A stretch of 64,000 nucleotides of DNA from Coprothermobacterota bacterium. GTDB taxonomy: Bacteria; Coprothermobacterota; Coprothermobacteria; Coprothermobacterales; Coprothermobacteraceae. Made by a program: the position numbers and the translations under genes. Positions 29,305-39,192 of this stretch are shown in pieces. The stretch lies in contig JAZIGN010000002.1 in the NCBI GenBank assembly GCA_036679065.1, forward strand, positions 9,713 through 73,712, read 5' to 3'. How positions within the stretch are numbered: position 1 is the first letter of the stretch; each line of letters starts with the position of its first letter. The notes under the pieces were generated by a model that was not told where the DNA came from, did no database searches, and worked only from the letters and a program-made list of their open reading frames with translations.

Positions 29305-30471
29305 GTGAAAGTACTCATCACTAACGTCCAGGTTTACACAGTTTCCCATGGTGTTATTGACAAAGGCAGCGTTCTAGTAGAAGATGGTAAAATCAGCCAG
29401 GTTTCTGCAGGAGACATTCAAGTAGAAGGAGCAAATGTTGTAGACGGAAAAGGTTTAACGCTGATGCCTGGGTTCATTGATGCTCACACACACGTAGGCA
29501 TTTCTGAAGAAGGTTTCGGATGGGAAGGTGCAGACTACAACGAATGGGTAGACCCTGTAACGCCCTACCTTAGAGCTATTGACGGAATCAATCCCATGGA
29601 ACAGGGCGTCAAAGATGCTTTAGAAGGCGGCGTAACCACGATTTGTGCTGCTCCTGGTTCTGCAAATGTCATAGGAGGCACAGCTTGCGTCTTCAAGCCC
29701 TTTGGAAAAGCCATTGACAAGATGGTTATTAAAGATCCCGTTGCATTGAAAGCTGCTACTGGCGAAAACCCCAAGAGGGTCTACAGGGACATGAAGAAGT
29801 CTCCAGTAACCAGAATGGCCACAGCATCACTGATGAGGCAGGCGCTACTTAAGGCTAAATCTTACATGGAAAAGAAAGAAAAATACGCCAATGAGCCCGA
29901 AAAGCAACCTGATTTCGACTTAGGTATGGAACATCTTTGCATGGTACTTCGTAAGGAAATCCCCATGAAGATCCATGCTCATAGGGCTGATGACATCCTA
30001 ACCGCTATCAGAATAGCGAGAGAGTTCGACATAAACATAACCATTGACCACTGCACTGAAGGACACTTAGTACCTGAGGAAATTGCTGAATCCAAGTTCC
30101 CATGTATTGTTGGACCAAACTTAACCAATAGAAGCAAAGTGGAACTCATGAACAAAAGTTTCGAAACACCCGCAGTACTCCATAAACACGGCGTTCTCTT
30201 CGCTATAATGACAGATCACCCTGTTATCCCCATACAGTTTCTTCCTCTAACTGTGGGCTTGGCTGTAAAGTACGGCCTGCCCTATGATGAAGGCATAAAA
30301 GCCATAACCATCAATGCTGCAAGGATTCTAGGATTGGACGAGCGCTTGGGCTCCATTGAACCTGGAAAGGATGCAGATCTAGTACTTTGGGAAGGAGATC
30401 CACTGTCTGTTGACGGAAAGCCAATGTTCGTTATGGTAAACGGACAGATTGCTGTGAACAAACTCCAATAA
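29305..30471 (+). CDS. Amidohydrolase family protein
   Basis: PGFIDAHTH, GENPK, HAHRADD, TDHP, GSIEPGKDADLV. Confidence 0.92.
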   Translation: MKVLITNVQVYTVSHGVIDKGSVLVEDGKISQVSAGDIQVEGANVVDGKGLTLMPGFIDAHTHVGISEEGFGWEGADYNEWVDPVTPYLRAIDGINPMEQGVKDALEGGVTTICAAPGSANVIGGTACVFKPFGKAIDKMVIKDPVALKAATGENPKRVYRDMKKSPVTRMATASLMRQALLKAKSYMEKKEKYANEPEKQPDFDLGMEHLCMVLRKEIPMKIHAHRADDILTAIRIAREFDINITIDHCTEGHLVPEEIAESKFPCIVGPNLTNRSKVELMNKSFETPAVLHKHGVLFAIMTDHPVIPIQFLPLTVGLAVKYGLPYDEGIKAITINAARILGLDERLGSIEPGKDADLVLWEGDPLSVDGKPMFVMVNGQIAVNKLQ

Positions 30472-30480
30472 ACAAATATA

Positions 30481-30519
30481 GAAAAAAAGAAAAGGGACGG
30501 TGGGGGTAACCGTCCCTTT
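30481..30519 (-). terminator. Intrinsic terminator (probably bidirectional)
   Basis: AAAGGGACGGT/ACCGTCCCTTT stem with long minus-strand U-tract. Confidence 0.8.
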
Positions 30520-30610
30520 GTAGGTGTGGTGAGGAAAGGAGGTGGGTGAGATGCCAGGGGTATGCATCTCACAGGGAGGCTTACTCGGAAGATATACTTC
30601 CGTTCTTCGA
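30481..30610 (-). ncRNA. Candidate small RNA with anti-SD sequence and C-rich loops
   Basis: Three perfect hairpins, the last followed by a U-tract on the minus strand; unpaired CACCUCCUUUC; TATTAT -10-like box at 30616-30621. Confidence 0.5.
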
Positions 30611-30765
30611 TAACTATAATACCGCAAAGGGCTGCGTATAATTCTTAAATCATTGTTAAGAAATGTGCTCCATCAGTAGTCCTTGGGGTGCATAAAAGAG
30701 GTCTCAGGCTGGTAAATATCATAAGTAGAAGCGTAAAGGAACTAGTAAATGCAGGAGGTGCAATT

Positions 30766-32586
30766 ATGGCCAAGATCATAGGAATAGATCTGGGAACATC
30801 AAACTCTTGTGCCGCAGTTATGCTGGGTGGCAAACCTACAATCATTCCATCTGCCGAAGGAACTACCATGTACGGCAAGACAGTACCATCGGTTGTTGCA
30901 TTCACTAAGGACGGACAAATACTCGTGGGTGAACCAGCCAGAAGGCAGGCAGCCATGAACCCAGAAGGAACTATAACGGGCATAAAGAGAAAAATGGGCA
31001 CACGGGAAACTATCCAGGTTTTCGGTAAGACATACACGCCTGAACAAATCTCAGCTTTTATTCTACAAAAGATAAAGAAGGACGCGGAGGCTTTCTTAGG
31101 AGAACCTGTTAGCAAAGCTGTCATAACCGTACCTGCTTACTTTAACGATGCCCAAAGACAGGCCACAAAGGATGCAGGTGCCATTGCGGGCTTGGAAGTT
31201 GTCAGACTTATTAACGAGCCCACGGCAGCTGCTTTTGCATACGGCTTGGACAAAGCGAACCAAGAACTGAAGATCATGGTTTTTGATTTTGGTGGTGGTA
31301 CGCTGGACGTGACCATCATGGACTTTGGTCACGGAGTGTTCCAGGTAGTTTCCACCAGCGGCGATACACAGCTAGGCGGACGTGACATGGATAAAGTGCT
31401 CATGGATTACGTTCTTGAAGAGTTTCAGAGAGAATCGGGAATCGATTTGCGTAATGACAGAATGGCAATGATCAGGGTCAATGAAGCTGTGGAGAAGGCA
31501 AAGATTGAACTATCCTCAGTTTTAGAAACTGACATATCCCTACCATTCATAGCAATGAAGGACGGACAACCAGTTCATCTTCAAATGAAAGTAACCCGAG
31601 CAAAACTAGAGCAATTGGTGAGACCCATCGTAGAAAAAACTGCTGGGCCCATTGAACAGGCACTAAAAGACGCTCAATTAACACCCAATGACATAGACAA
31701 GATTATTCTCATAGGTGGACCTACACGTATGCCCATCGTGAGAGATTTTGTTGAACAGTTCATGGGAAAACCAGTGGAAAGAGGCATCGACCCCATGGAA
31801 GCTGTAGCAATGGGCGCTGCAATACAGGCTGGTATAATCGAGGGAACCGTCAACGATATTGTACTGGTGGATGTTACCCCACTATCACTGGGTGTAGAAA
31901 CGGTTGGTGGCATCATGACTACGCTGATACCTAGGAATACACCTATCCCAGTAACAAAATCAGAAATCTTCACCACAGCAACAGATTTCCAAACCAGTGT
32001 GCAAATACATGTGCTCCAAGGAGAAAGGCCACTGGCAAAGGACAACTTATCTTTGGGGCAATTCATCCTAGATGGTATACCACCTGCACCACGTGGTGTG
32101 CCACAAATAGAAGTCACCTTTAGCATTGATGCTAACGGTATCTTAAGCGTAACGGCAAAAGACAAAGCCACAGGAAAGAGTCAGCAAATCACCATCACCA
32201 ACAGCACACGCTTGACTGAAGAAGAAATAGAGCGAATGCGGAAAGAGGCAGAGATGTACGCTGACGAAGACCGCAGGCGTAAAGAAGAAATTGAAACAAG
32301 AAACCAAGCTGACACATATGTTTATCAAGCCAGGAAACTCTTAAAGGAAAATGAAGGGAAGCTCCCCGATGACATCGTCAAAGAGATCACAGAAAAGGTC
32401 GATAATTTAGAGAAAGCCTTACGAGACAATCAGCCAGCAGAACAATTAAAGCAGCTCATGGAAGATGTTATAACCGCCATGGGAAAGGCAGGTGCTTATC
32501 TGTACCAAAGTGGTGGTGAGCAGCAGCCCAGAAGTGATGGCGGTAATGACACTACCGATCAAGGTCCTCAAGGAGAAGTACACTAA
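30766..32586 (+). CDS. dnaK: Molecular chaperone DnaK (Hsp70)
   Basis: [32 protein letters not shown]; AGGAGGTG RBS. Confidence 0.97.
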   Translation: MAKIIGIDLGTSNSCAAVMLGGKPTIIPSAEGTTMYGKTVPSVVAFTKDGQILVGEPARRQAAMNPEGTITGIKRKMGTRETIQVFGKTYTPEQISAFILQKIKKDAEAFLGEPVSKAVITVPAYFNDAQRQATKDAGAIAGLEVVRLINEPTAAAFAYGLDKANQELKIMVFDFGGGTLDVTIMDFGHGVFQVVSTSGDTQLGGRDMDKVLMDYVLEEFQRESGIDLRNDRMAMIRVNEAVEKAKIELSSVLETDISLPFIAMKDGQPVHLQMKVTRAKLEQLVRPIVEKTAGPIEQALKDAQLTPNDIDKIILIGGPTRMPIVRDFVEQFMGKPVERGIDPMEAVAMGAAIQAGIIEGTVNDIVLVDVTPLSLGVETVGGIMTTLIPRNTPIPVTKSEIFTTATDFQTSVQIHVLQGERPLAKDNLSLGQFILDGIPPAPRGVPQIEVTFSIDANGILSVTAKDKATGKSQQITITNSTRLTEEEIERMRKEAEMYADEDRRRKEEIETRNQADTYVYQARKLLKENEGKLPDDIVKEITEKVDNLEKALRDNQPAEQLKQLMEDVITAMGKAGAYLYQSGGEQQPRSDGGNDTTDQGPQGEVH

Positions 32587-33686
32587 TGAAGGATTATTAT
32601 GAAATTCTTGGTGTACCGGAAGACGCATCAGTAGATGAAATCAAGAAAAGGTACCGAGAACTGGTAAAACAATACCACCCTGACTTGAACAAGGGTGACG
32701 AGGAAGCCGCTAAGCGCATGGCGGAAATTAACGAGGCTTATCAAGTATTGACTGACCCGAAGAAGAGAGCCGAATACGACGCCATGCGCAAAGGTGGCGT
32801 TGGCTTTAGTTCTGAGTACTACAGGCCAGGACAGGGTTTTGATTTCTTTGACTCCATATTCCGTGATTTCTTTACTGACTTTCCTTTTGGATCTTCTTTC
32901 TTCAATAGAACTGCCACTAAAACAAAGCCGAGGGGCACTGACATAAACTTGGAAGTAACGCTATCACTCAAAGACGTTGTAACAGGCTGCACAAAGTCGC
33001 TACGTTTCTTCCGTGATGAACTCTGCGAAGAATGCCATGGCACAGGTGCCAAAGATGGCAAGACAAAAACCTGTGAAAGATGCCACGGCACTGGTGTAGT
33101 GGAAAACAGACAGAGTACCCCTTTTGGTGTATTCATCACCCAAACCACGTGTCCCACGTGCCATGGTGCAGGTTCAGTGCCTGAACAAGTCTGTCCAGTG
33201 TGCCATGGTACTGGTGTGGTTAAAAGGCAGAGAACCTTGGATTTGCAGATTCCACCTGGCATAGAAAATAACGATGTGATTACATTAAAGGGACAAGGCA
33301 ACGCCGTAAAAGATGGCGCAAGCGGAGACATTAACGTCACAGTGAAGATAATTATCCCTCCACCATGGCGCAGAAAAGGAAAGGATCTTTACACGGAAGT
33401 GCACGTGCCTTATTACCATGCCATATTGGGTGGAAAGATTAAAGTGACCACTGCCACAGGGGAAGAAAAGGAGCTACTCCTTGAACCAGGAACACAACCA
33501 GACCAAGAGTACATTCTGGCTAACGAAGGCGTTCCTGACAAAAGCGGTCGTTACAGAGGAGATTTGCATGTAACCATTAAGGTGGATTTGCCGTCAAAAC
33601 TAAGTCCTCAGGAGCGTAAGTTCCTTGAAGAGATACGAAAACTCCACGAAGGTGACAACAAGAAGAGGTTTGGCTTATTCAACTAA
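32586..33686 (+). CDS. dnaJ: Molecular chaperone DnaJ
   Basis: J domain with HPD, G/F region, four CxxCxGxG repeats. Confidence 0.96.
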   Translation: MKDYYEILGVPEDASVDEIKKRYRELVKQYHPDLNKGDEEAAKRMAEINEAYQVLTDPKKRAEYDAMRKGGVGFSSEYYRPGQGFDFFDSIFRDFFTDFPFGSSFFNRTATKTKPRGTDINLEVTLSLKDVVTGCTKSLRFFRDELCEECHGTGAKDGKTKTCERCHGTGVVENRQSTPFGVFITQTTCPTCHGAGSVPEQVCPVCHGTGVVKRQRTLDLQIPPGIENNDVITLKGQGNAVKDGASGDINVTVKIIIPPPWRRKGKDLYTEVHVPYYHAILGGKIKVTTATGEEKELLLEPGTQPDQEYILANEGVPDKSGRYRGDLHVTIKVDLPSKLSPQERKFLEEIRKLHEGDNKKRFGLFN

Positions 33687-33690
33687 AAAC

Positions 33691-33717
33691 GGGAGCGCCC
33701 TTAACTGGGGCGTTCCC
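33691..33717. terminator. Stem-loop between convergent dnaJ and ytxH-like genes
   Basis: GGGAGCGCCC/GGGCGTTCCC. Confidence 0.6.
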
Positions 33718-33767
33718 CATGTTCAAGTATTAGCAGTCAACAACTCATCAAATCGAAGTTTTTCGAT

Positions 33768-34046
33768 TTAGTCTTCTTTTCCCTCTTCTTCTGCCAGTTC
33801 TTCTTCGATTTCTACTACCTGTTCACTGATCATATCTTCTGCTTTCTTTGTTAGCTCTTGAGCCTTTTCTTTTAGCTGTTCAGCTTTCTCGAGAGTTTTT
33901 TCCTTAAGACTAAGAGCTTTCTCTTTAACTACTCCCCTCATTTCAGCACCCGACATGGGAGCTAAGAGAAGCCCACAAACAGTACCGATCAAGACACCAG
34001 CCGCAAACAAGCCCGCTACCCGAAGAGTATCACGGATATCATCCAT
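33768..34046 (-). CDS. YtxH-like protein
   Basis: G..IG..GLLLAPMSGAEMR followed by a charged coiled coil; AAGGAGGG RBS. Confidence 0.85.
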   Translation of the reverse strand: MDDIRDTLRVAGLFAAGVLIGTVCGLLLAPMSGAEMRGVVKEKALSLKEKTLEKAEQLKEKAQELTKKAEDMISEQVVEIEEELAEEEGKED

Positions 34047-34095
34047 ATTTTCCCCTCCTTTGCTTCGCTTCATATTTGATGAAGCCAGACTTTTA

Positions 34096-34311
34096 CTACT
34101 CTTTTTCTTCTTCATGTTCCTGGCACTCTTCACACTCTTCATCTTCTTCGCACCATAGGCATTCATTCTCCATTTTGCAGCGAGCTAACAGAGTCAAAGC
34201 ACCTTGAATTATGGCGCCGAGCAAGAGTCCAGCAAAAAACGGACCCCAACAGGAACAACTTCTCTTTTCAACCGTCTGGTCACCTCTTGCCATAAGCCTG
34301 CCTAATAACAT
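34096..34311 (-). CDS. Small TM protein with Cys-rich acidic tail
   Basis: FFAGLLLGAII helix, CLWC...CEEC, fills the operon gap. Confidence 0.5.
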   Translation of the reverse strand: MLLGRLMARGDQTVEKRSCSCWGPFFAGLLLGAIIQGALTLLARCKMENECLWCEEDEECEECQEHEEEKE

Positions 34312-34330
34312 GCCAAACACCCCCTTTGTA

Positions 34331-34696
34331 TTATTTTACCTTCTTACCTTTGCCGATGTGCAAGAACGATAGAACGGACGGGAGCACCTTCAAAGCAACC
34401 GTTGTCCAATTTGGTCTTACCACATATGGAAGGACTGCGCTGAATTGTTTTAAGTTGGACGTAATTTGCTTGACTTCTTCGGAAGTCTCACTGGCATTTC
34501 TTAAGATTTCCGGAACCTCTGTAGCCGCGCTGCTGGTAATCTGCTTTATGTCCACCTGCAAATCTTCTAAACTCTTTTTTATTTCGTCACCATACTTCCT
34601 TAAAGCTTGAAGAATTAAAAAGAGAAACACAATTAGCGTAACGGCAAATACCCAAAGCGGAAAAGCGATAAAAAACACTTGCCAATTTGTCAACAT
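34331..34696 (-). CDS. YtxG/DUF948-like membrane protein
   Basis: N-terminal TM followed by coiled coil; upstream of ytxH-like gene; GGAGG RBS. Confidence 0.6.
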   Translation of the reverse strand: MLTNWQVFFIAFPLWVFAVTLIVFLFLILQALRKYGDEIKKSLEDLQVDIKQITSSAATEVPEILRNASETSEEVKQITSNLKQFSAVLPYVVRPNWTTVALKVLPSVLSFLHIGKGKKVK

Positions 34697-34717
34697 CATG
34701 CCTCCCCTCTTCAAAGA

Positions 34718-34865
34718 AACCCGCCGTGCCGTAAAGGGCCAGAAAGCTGCGTCCCTGTCACACAGGTGGGTGCTTCCCTCCTGCTACCTGAGCAGTAGCA
34801 GGATTCGAGCTCCCAAGACGCATTTGTTGGATGCACTTCTGCCCCTGCTTACGCACACGGCAGGT
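34718..34865 (-). ncRNA. ssrS: 6S RNA
   Basis: Closing stem ACCUGCCGUG/CACGGCGGGU, conserved GGGAGC...GCACCCACCUG...ACGGCA elements, TGGTATAAT promoter at 34872-34880. Confidence 0.85.
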
Positions 34866-34886
34866 AATAACATTATACCATCAAAA

Positions 34887-36065
34887 TTACATTCTCAATA
34901 TTACGCTTTCCCTATTCATAAATTTGCTTATGACAAACGCCAGAAGTACAGCTACAGCCACATCTATGAGAAGAGCAGCGCCTACCAAGGGCCATACAAC
35001 GCTGCCAATGATGACATTATATGTAACTGCAGAAGCATTGACAATGGGTACGAAGAAAACCCAGGCAGGCATGGTTGAAGCATTGGTAAACGCCGGCATG
35101 AGTATGAAGATAAAAGGCAGAATCACCATGCCCATTTGTCCCAAATAAAGCTGAGCTTCCCTCATGTTGCGGCTGTACATGGAGATAATAAACTGAAGAG
35201 CACCACCTGTTAGGGAAAGCAAAACTGCGCCTATGATCATGGCCCAGATACCAGCACCCCAGATGGCAAGTGCTGAACCTCCAGTGGCAAGGCCTAAGCC
35301 CATGTCGAAATGGGTCATAGCATAGGAGTAGGAAAACGTGAAGGAAAGCAGTGAAATGAGTGTACCCATGCAGTTTAGGGCGGACAAAGCAAGCCACTTG
35401 CCCATAGCAATAGAGAATCTGGATACGGGTGTAGCCAGCAAGCTCTCCAGTGTGCCTCGCTCTTTTTCACCTGCTCCAATATCTGTTCCGAGGTACACGT
35501 TTCCCACAAAACCACTGGTAAGCATGACCAGTGAAACCAGATAGGCCAAGAAGAACTTGGCAAAAGCCATAGGCTCCCCTACTTGTTTACTCTGCACCAC
35601 TACCAAAGAAAAAACGTCCTCATTTATGCCCTTTTGGCTCAAGTAATCTTTGATGCGCTGCTCCCTATAAAGAGGAAGAATACTGTTAAGGTAACTAGCT
35701 GCACTATCTCCACTGGTACCTGAGGCATACGACGTAACTACAACAACCTTAGATTGAGACGATGTGTATTCTTCAATGAGTCCCACGTCCGCCTCTTTTT
35801 CCAAAACTGCTTTTTCCACATCCTGGACTTCTATGACTTCTAATTTAGCTTGACTTAGAAATGATCGAAGTTCCTGGCTCCCTTGGAAAGCTACCGTAAA
35901 GCCATCTGCATTTTGCTTTTCCACCGTTCTCCCTTCAAAATAGAAGATGCCAAGCACAATGGCAGGAACGAGAACTGCTGGAAGGAGTACACTCATTATG
36001 AGCGTACGTCTATCCCTGAAGGCCTCCTTAATTTCCTTTTTCATGACAGCAAAAATGGATTTCAT
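34887..36065 (-). CDS. ABC exporter permease (NatB-like)
   Basis: KKEIKEAFRDRRT, AGEKERGTLESLLATP, GKW. Confidence 0.88.
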   Translation of the reverse strand: MKSIFAVMKKEIKEAFRDRRTLIMSVLLPAVLVPAIVLGIFYFEGRTVEKQNADGFTVAFQGSQELRSFLSQAKLEVIEVQDVEKAVLEKEADVGLIEEYTSSQSKVVVVTSYASGTSGDSAASYLNSILPLYREQRIKDYLSQKGINEDVFSLVVVQSKQVGEPMAFAKFFLAYLVSLVMLTSGFVGNVYLGTDIGAGEKERGTLESLLATPVSRFSIAMGKWLALSALNCMGTLISLLSFTFSYSYAMTHFDMGLGLATGGSALAIWGAGIWAMIIGAVLLSLTGGALQFIISMYSRNMREAQLYLGQMGMVILPFIFILMPAFTNASTMPAWVFFVPIVNASAVTYNVIIGSVVWPLVGAALLIDVAVAVLLAFVISKFMNRESVILRM

Positions 36066-36775
36066 TCCTTCACCACCTTCATAAATGCTTCTTCCAAGTT
36101 ACTACTCTGAGTTCGCTTTTTAAGTTCTTCAGGCGTTCCCTCAGCCACTATGAGGCCCAGGTTGATTATGTACACATAGTCACACAGTAGCTCTACTTCA
36201 TTCATCAGATGTGTGCTTAATAGTACAGTCTTCCCAGCTTCTTTCTGCTGCTCCACAAATGTTCTAACCGCTACAGTGCTGGGAACATCCAATCCAGCTG
36301 TTGGCTCGTCAAGGATCAGAACAGGGGGATCATGAATAACGGACCGCACCAAGTTAATCTTCTGTGCCATCCCCTTGGAGTAAGTTCCAGCCTGCCGCTT
36401 CCCGTAATCAATTTCAAGCAGTTTGTAGAGAAACTGCATCCTTTCTAGAGCTTCGCCCCTGGGCACATCGGCAAGATCTGCAAAATAAAGCACGTTCTCG
36501 TCACCGCTAAGTCGACGGTAAAGACCTGTATTCTCAAGAACCACACCCAAAGATGCTCTCACTTTGTCTGACTCTCTTACAACATCGAAACCATTTACTG
36601 TGGCAGTACCACTTAGGGGCTTGAGAATGGTGCTTAAGATTCTTATGGTGGTGGTTTTCCCAGCTCCGTTTGGGCCTAAAAGCCCTGTCACTTTTCCGGG
36701 TTCGCAGTGGAAAGAAATACCTTTGAGCGCTTGAACCTGGCCGAAACTCTTTCGTAGCTCCCGAACTTCAATCAC
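36062..36775 (-). CDS. ABC exporter ATP-binding protein (NatA-like)
   Basis: GPNGAGKTT, YSKGMAQK, LDEPTAGLD. Confidence 0.9.
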   Translation of the reverse strand: MIEVRELRKSFGQVQALKGISFHCEPGKVTGLLGPNGAGKTTTIRILSTILKPLSGTATVNGFDVVRESDKVRASLGVVLENTGLYRRLSGDENVLYFADLADVPRGEALERMQFLYKLLEIDYGKRQAGTYSKGMAQKINLVRSVIHDPPVLILDEPTAGLDVPSTVAVRTFVEQQKEAGKTVLLSTHLMNEVELLCDYVYIINLGLIVAEGTPEELKKRTQSSNLEEAFMKVVKE

Positions 36776-36879
36776 TTCGGCGCCTCCTTTACAAAAAAAA
36801 CCTGGACAATGTATAAAGTACTACTAGTGCTTTGTGATAATTATATCACACATACTAAGGCATAAACTAATTCACAGAA

Positions 36880-37665
36880 CTACTTTTGCGGAAATACGAA
36901 ACGAGCAACAAGGAAAGAGAGAGACAAGATGACTACCATTAAAGGAGAAACTGGTAAGTTCCAGTAAAATGCCAGGATCAAACTAGCTACCCCAGAAACG
37001 GCTATTAAAACCATGGATATCTTCCAGGATGTGTGGTAGGAATCTGTCAACTGTAATGCCACAGCACCCGGGATCACCAGTAGTGCTTCCATCATGAGCG
37101 TGCCTACTGCTCTTATGGTGACCGTAATGTAAAAGGCCAAGAGAACTGAGATGACAATCTTGAGCATCTTTACAGGCATACCCACCACGGAAGAATATTC
37201 TTCGTCAAAAGTGGTACTTAGTATTTCCCAATAGTGCCTTACAAAAAAAACTACAAGCAGCAACGTAGCGACCGACGTGAGCATAATATCAAAAGAATCA
37301 ACGCCCAACATGGAGCCGAAAAGTAGACCCATAACCGTAGAAACCTGCCCCGGAACAAAGTAGGAAAGTATGAGCCCGAAGGCCAAGATAAAGGTAAAAG
37401 CCACAATTACTGAGTTAGCGCTAGATACTCTCTTTCCTTCAATTCTTTGAGACAGCAAAGCTACAAGCATGCCTGTTAAAATGGTCCAAAGCCACGGAGC
37501 TCCAAGTAGAATTCCTATAACTCCGCCTGTGAAAGCTGCATGCCCAATGCCTGTACCCAGTACTCCCAGATCGCGCAAGTTCACCAATATGGTGAGCAAC
37601 CCCAAACCGACTGAGAGAAGCATGATTTCTAGCAGGGCACGTTGAACAAAATCAAAGCTAAGCAT
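36880..37665 (-). CDS. Metal (Zn/Mn) ABC transporter permease, ZnuB-like
   Basis: GHAAFTG, LLFGS, TFDEE, VGTLM..ALLVIP. Confidence 0.88.
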   Translation of the reverse strand: MLSFDFVQRALLEIMLLSVGLGLLTILVNLRDLGVLGTGIGHAAFTGGVIGILLGAPWLWTILTGMLVALLSQRIEGKRVSSANSVIVAFTFILAFGLILSYFVPGQVSTVMGLLFGSMLGVDSFDIMLTSVATLLLVVFFVRHYWEILSTTFDEEYSSVVGMPVKMLKIVISVLLAFYITVTIRAVGTLMMEALLVIPGAVALQLTDSYHTSWKISMVLIAVSGVASLILAFYWNLPVSPLMVVILSLSFLVARFVFPQK

Positions 37666-38347
37666 GATCTTTCAGCTCCCATCCTTCAAAGCTTATGGTA
37701 AGGCACTTGTTCACAATCCGACTGATCCCTTCTACGTCATGGGAAACCAATATGAAAGCATTGCCTTTTTCTTTTTCTTGAGCAAGAATCTCATAGAACC
37801 TTTCGGTAAAGGCCGGGTCTAAGTTGGAAGTGGGTTCGTCCATGATGGTTAGTATTGGCTCGTTAACAAAGGCACGTGCGATCAATAGTCTTTGGAGCTG
37901 ACCACCCGATAGTTTTCTCAAAGGGGTGTTGGGATCATCGAACCCGAATCTATTAAGCACAGACCGGATTACATCGTCAAGGGTACTTGAGCTTAGCATA
38001 TTTAGCCGGAGTTTGTTTACAAGGGACACGTAAATCACGTCTCTAAGGTTCACCGGAAAGGAAAGGTCCACCGTTGTGCGTTGAGGTACATACCCCAGTC
38101 TAATTCTTTTCTCGGGTTTCACTTCTTCCATCTTTTCGCCAAGAAAGCTCACGGAACCAGATAGCGGAGGTATGAGACCAAGAAGAGTACGCACCAGCGT
38201 ACTTTTCCCTGCTCCGTTCGGTCCTACAATACCTAAGCAGTCACCTTCTCTTACAAAGAAACGCAAATTGCTAACCAACGGCTTCTCATAGCCCACAGAT
38301 AAGTTTTCCACGGACAATATGATTGAGTCATCAAACATGACACTCAC
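37658..38347 (-). CDS. Metal ABC transporter ATP-binding protein, ZnuC-like
   Basis: GPNGAGKST, GYVPQ, LSGGQLQR, VSHD. Confidence 0.88.
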   Translation of the reverse strand: MSVMFDDSIILSVENLSVGYEKPLVSNLRFFVREGDCLGIVGPNGAGKSTLVRTLLGLIPPLSGSVSFLGEKMEEVKPEKRIRLGYVPQRTTVDLSFPVNLRDVIYVSLVNKLRLNMLSSSTLDDVIRSVLNRFGFDDPNTPLRKLSGGQLQRLLIARAFVNEPILTIMDEPTSNLDPAFTERFYEILAQEKEKGNAFILVSHDVEGISRIVNKCLTISFEGWELKDHA

Positions 38348-39165
38348 TGCCTAAGAGCATGGAGGACACCGTCAATATTCTCTGCCATGATGGAAGAATA
38401 ACTTCTTGTAGCCACTTCCAGAATATCAAAATCAACCGAAGGCAAACCCAGTTGCTCACTTAACATTTCAGCTGTTTTTGATGGTTCGTAAGGATTGAGT
38501 AAAAGCAGGCAATTTTGTTCGCTCTTCAGCGCTTCCATAAGAGCGGTAAGCTGCTTAGGAGAAATCTCTGCCTCCCCCACTTCCAAAGTCCCCAGAACGC
38601 GCCAACCATAATCCTGCTCCACATAAGTGAAAGCCGGATGCTGGGTCACAAAACAATACCCCCTGAGCTTTTCAAAGTTGGCGTCAAGCTCTTGTAGGGC
38701 AGCCATGAACTTTTCAGCGTTTTGTGCATGTACATTTTTTGTATTAGGGAACTGCTCATCCAGAAAGGATTGTATTTGTGGCACCCATGCCAAGACCCTT
38801 TTCGGTGAGAGCCAAACATGGGGGTCCTCAAGTCCTTCTGGCAGTAGGAAAAGTTTTGGCTTACTCAGCTCGCTCACCATCTTCCTGTCAGCTGAAGCAC
38901 CCAGCGCAATGACAGCCTTTGACTGCTCGAGCACCTTAGCCACTGACGAGGTAAACTCCACGTAGTGCGGATCACTTCCCAACGGCGTAGCATTCACGAT
39001 TTCACCTTCAGCAGCGATCTCACTGGTCACAGCATAGGCAGGGCTCCCCAAAACAGCAACTTGTGAAACGGATTCTCTTCTAGTACATGACACCAAGAGT
39101 AAGCCGATGACGACACAAGCTATTACACGAAAGATCTTTTCTCGGTGTGATTTGTTCACGATCAT
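38344..39165 (-). CDS. Metal ABC transporter substrate-binding lipoprotein, ZnuA-like
   Basis: Lipobox LVSC, DPH, DPHVWLSP, HPAFTY. Confidence 0.9.
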   Translation of the reverse strand: MIVNKSHREKIFRVIACVVIGLLLVSCTRRESVSQVAVLGSPAYAVTSEIAAEGEIVNATPLGSDPHYVEFTSSVAKVLEQSKAVIALGASADRKMVSELSKPKLFLLPEGLEDPHVWLSPKRVLAWVPQIQSFLDEQFPNTKNVHAQNAEKFMAALQELDANFEKLRGYCFVTQHPAFTYVEQDYGWRVLGTLEVGEAEISPKQLTALMEALKSEQNCLLLLNPYEPSKTAEMLSEQLGLPSVDFDILEVATRSYSSIMAENIDGVLHALRQ

Positions 39166-39184
39166 AATGTTAATGGTAACATTA
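39165..39184. promoter_or_regulatory. Palindrome TAATGTTA-N4-TAACATTA overlapping divergent -10 boxes (candidate metal-regulator operator)
   Basis: Perfect 8-bp inverted repeat in the 27-bp znuA/mscS gap. Confidence 0.45.
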
Positions 39185-39192
39185 AAAATAAC

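Noticed and set aside
30620-30765. Canonical CIRCE upstream of dnaK
   Set aside because: No TTAGCACTC-N9-GAGTGCTAA found
34698-35148. ORFs 34698-35078 and 34831-35148
   Set aside because: Antisense to the 6S RNA and the natB-like gene; no protein features
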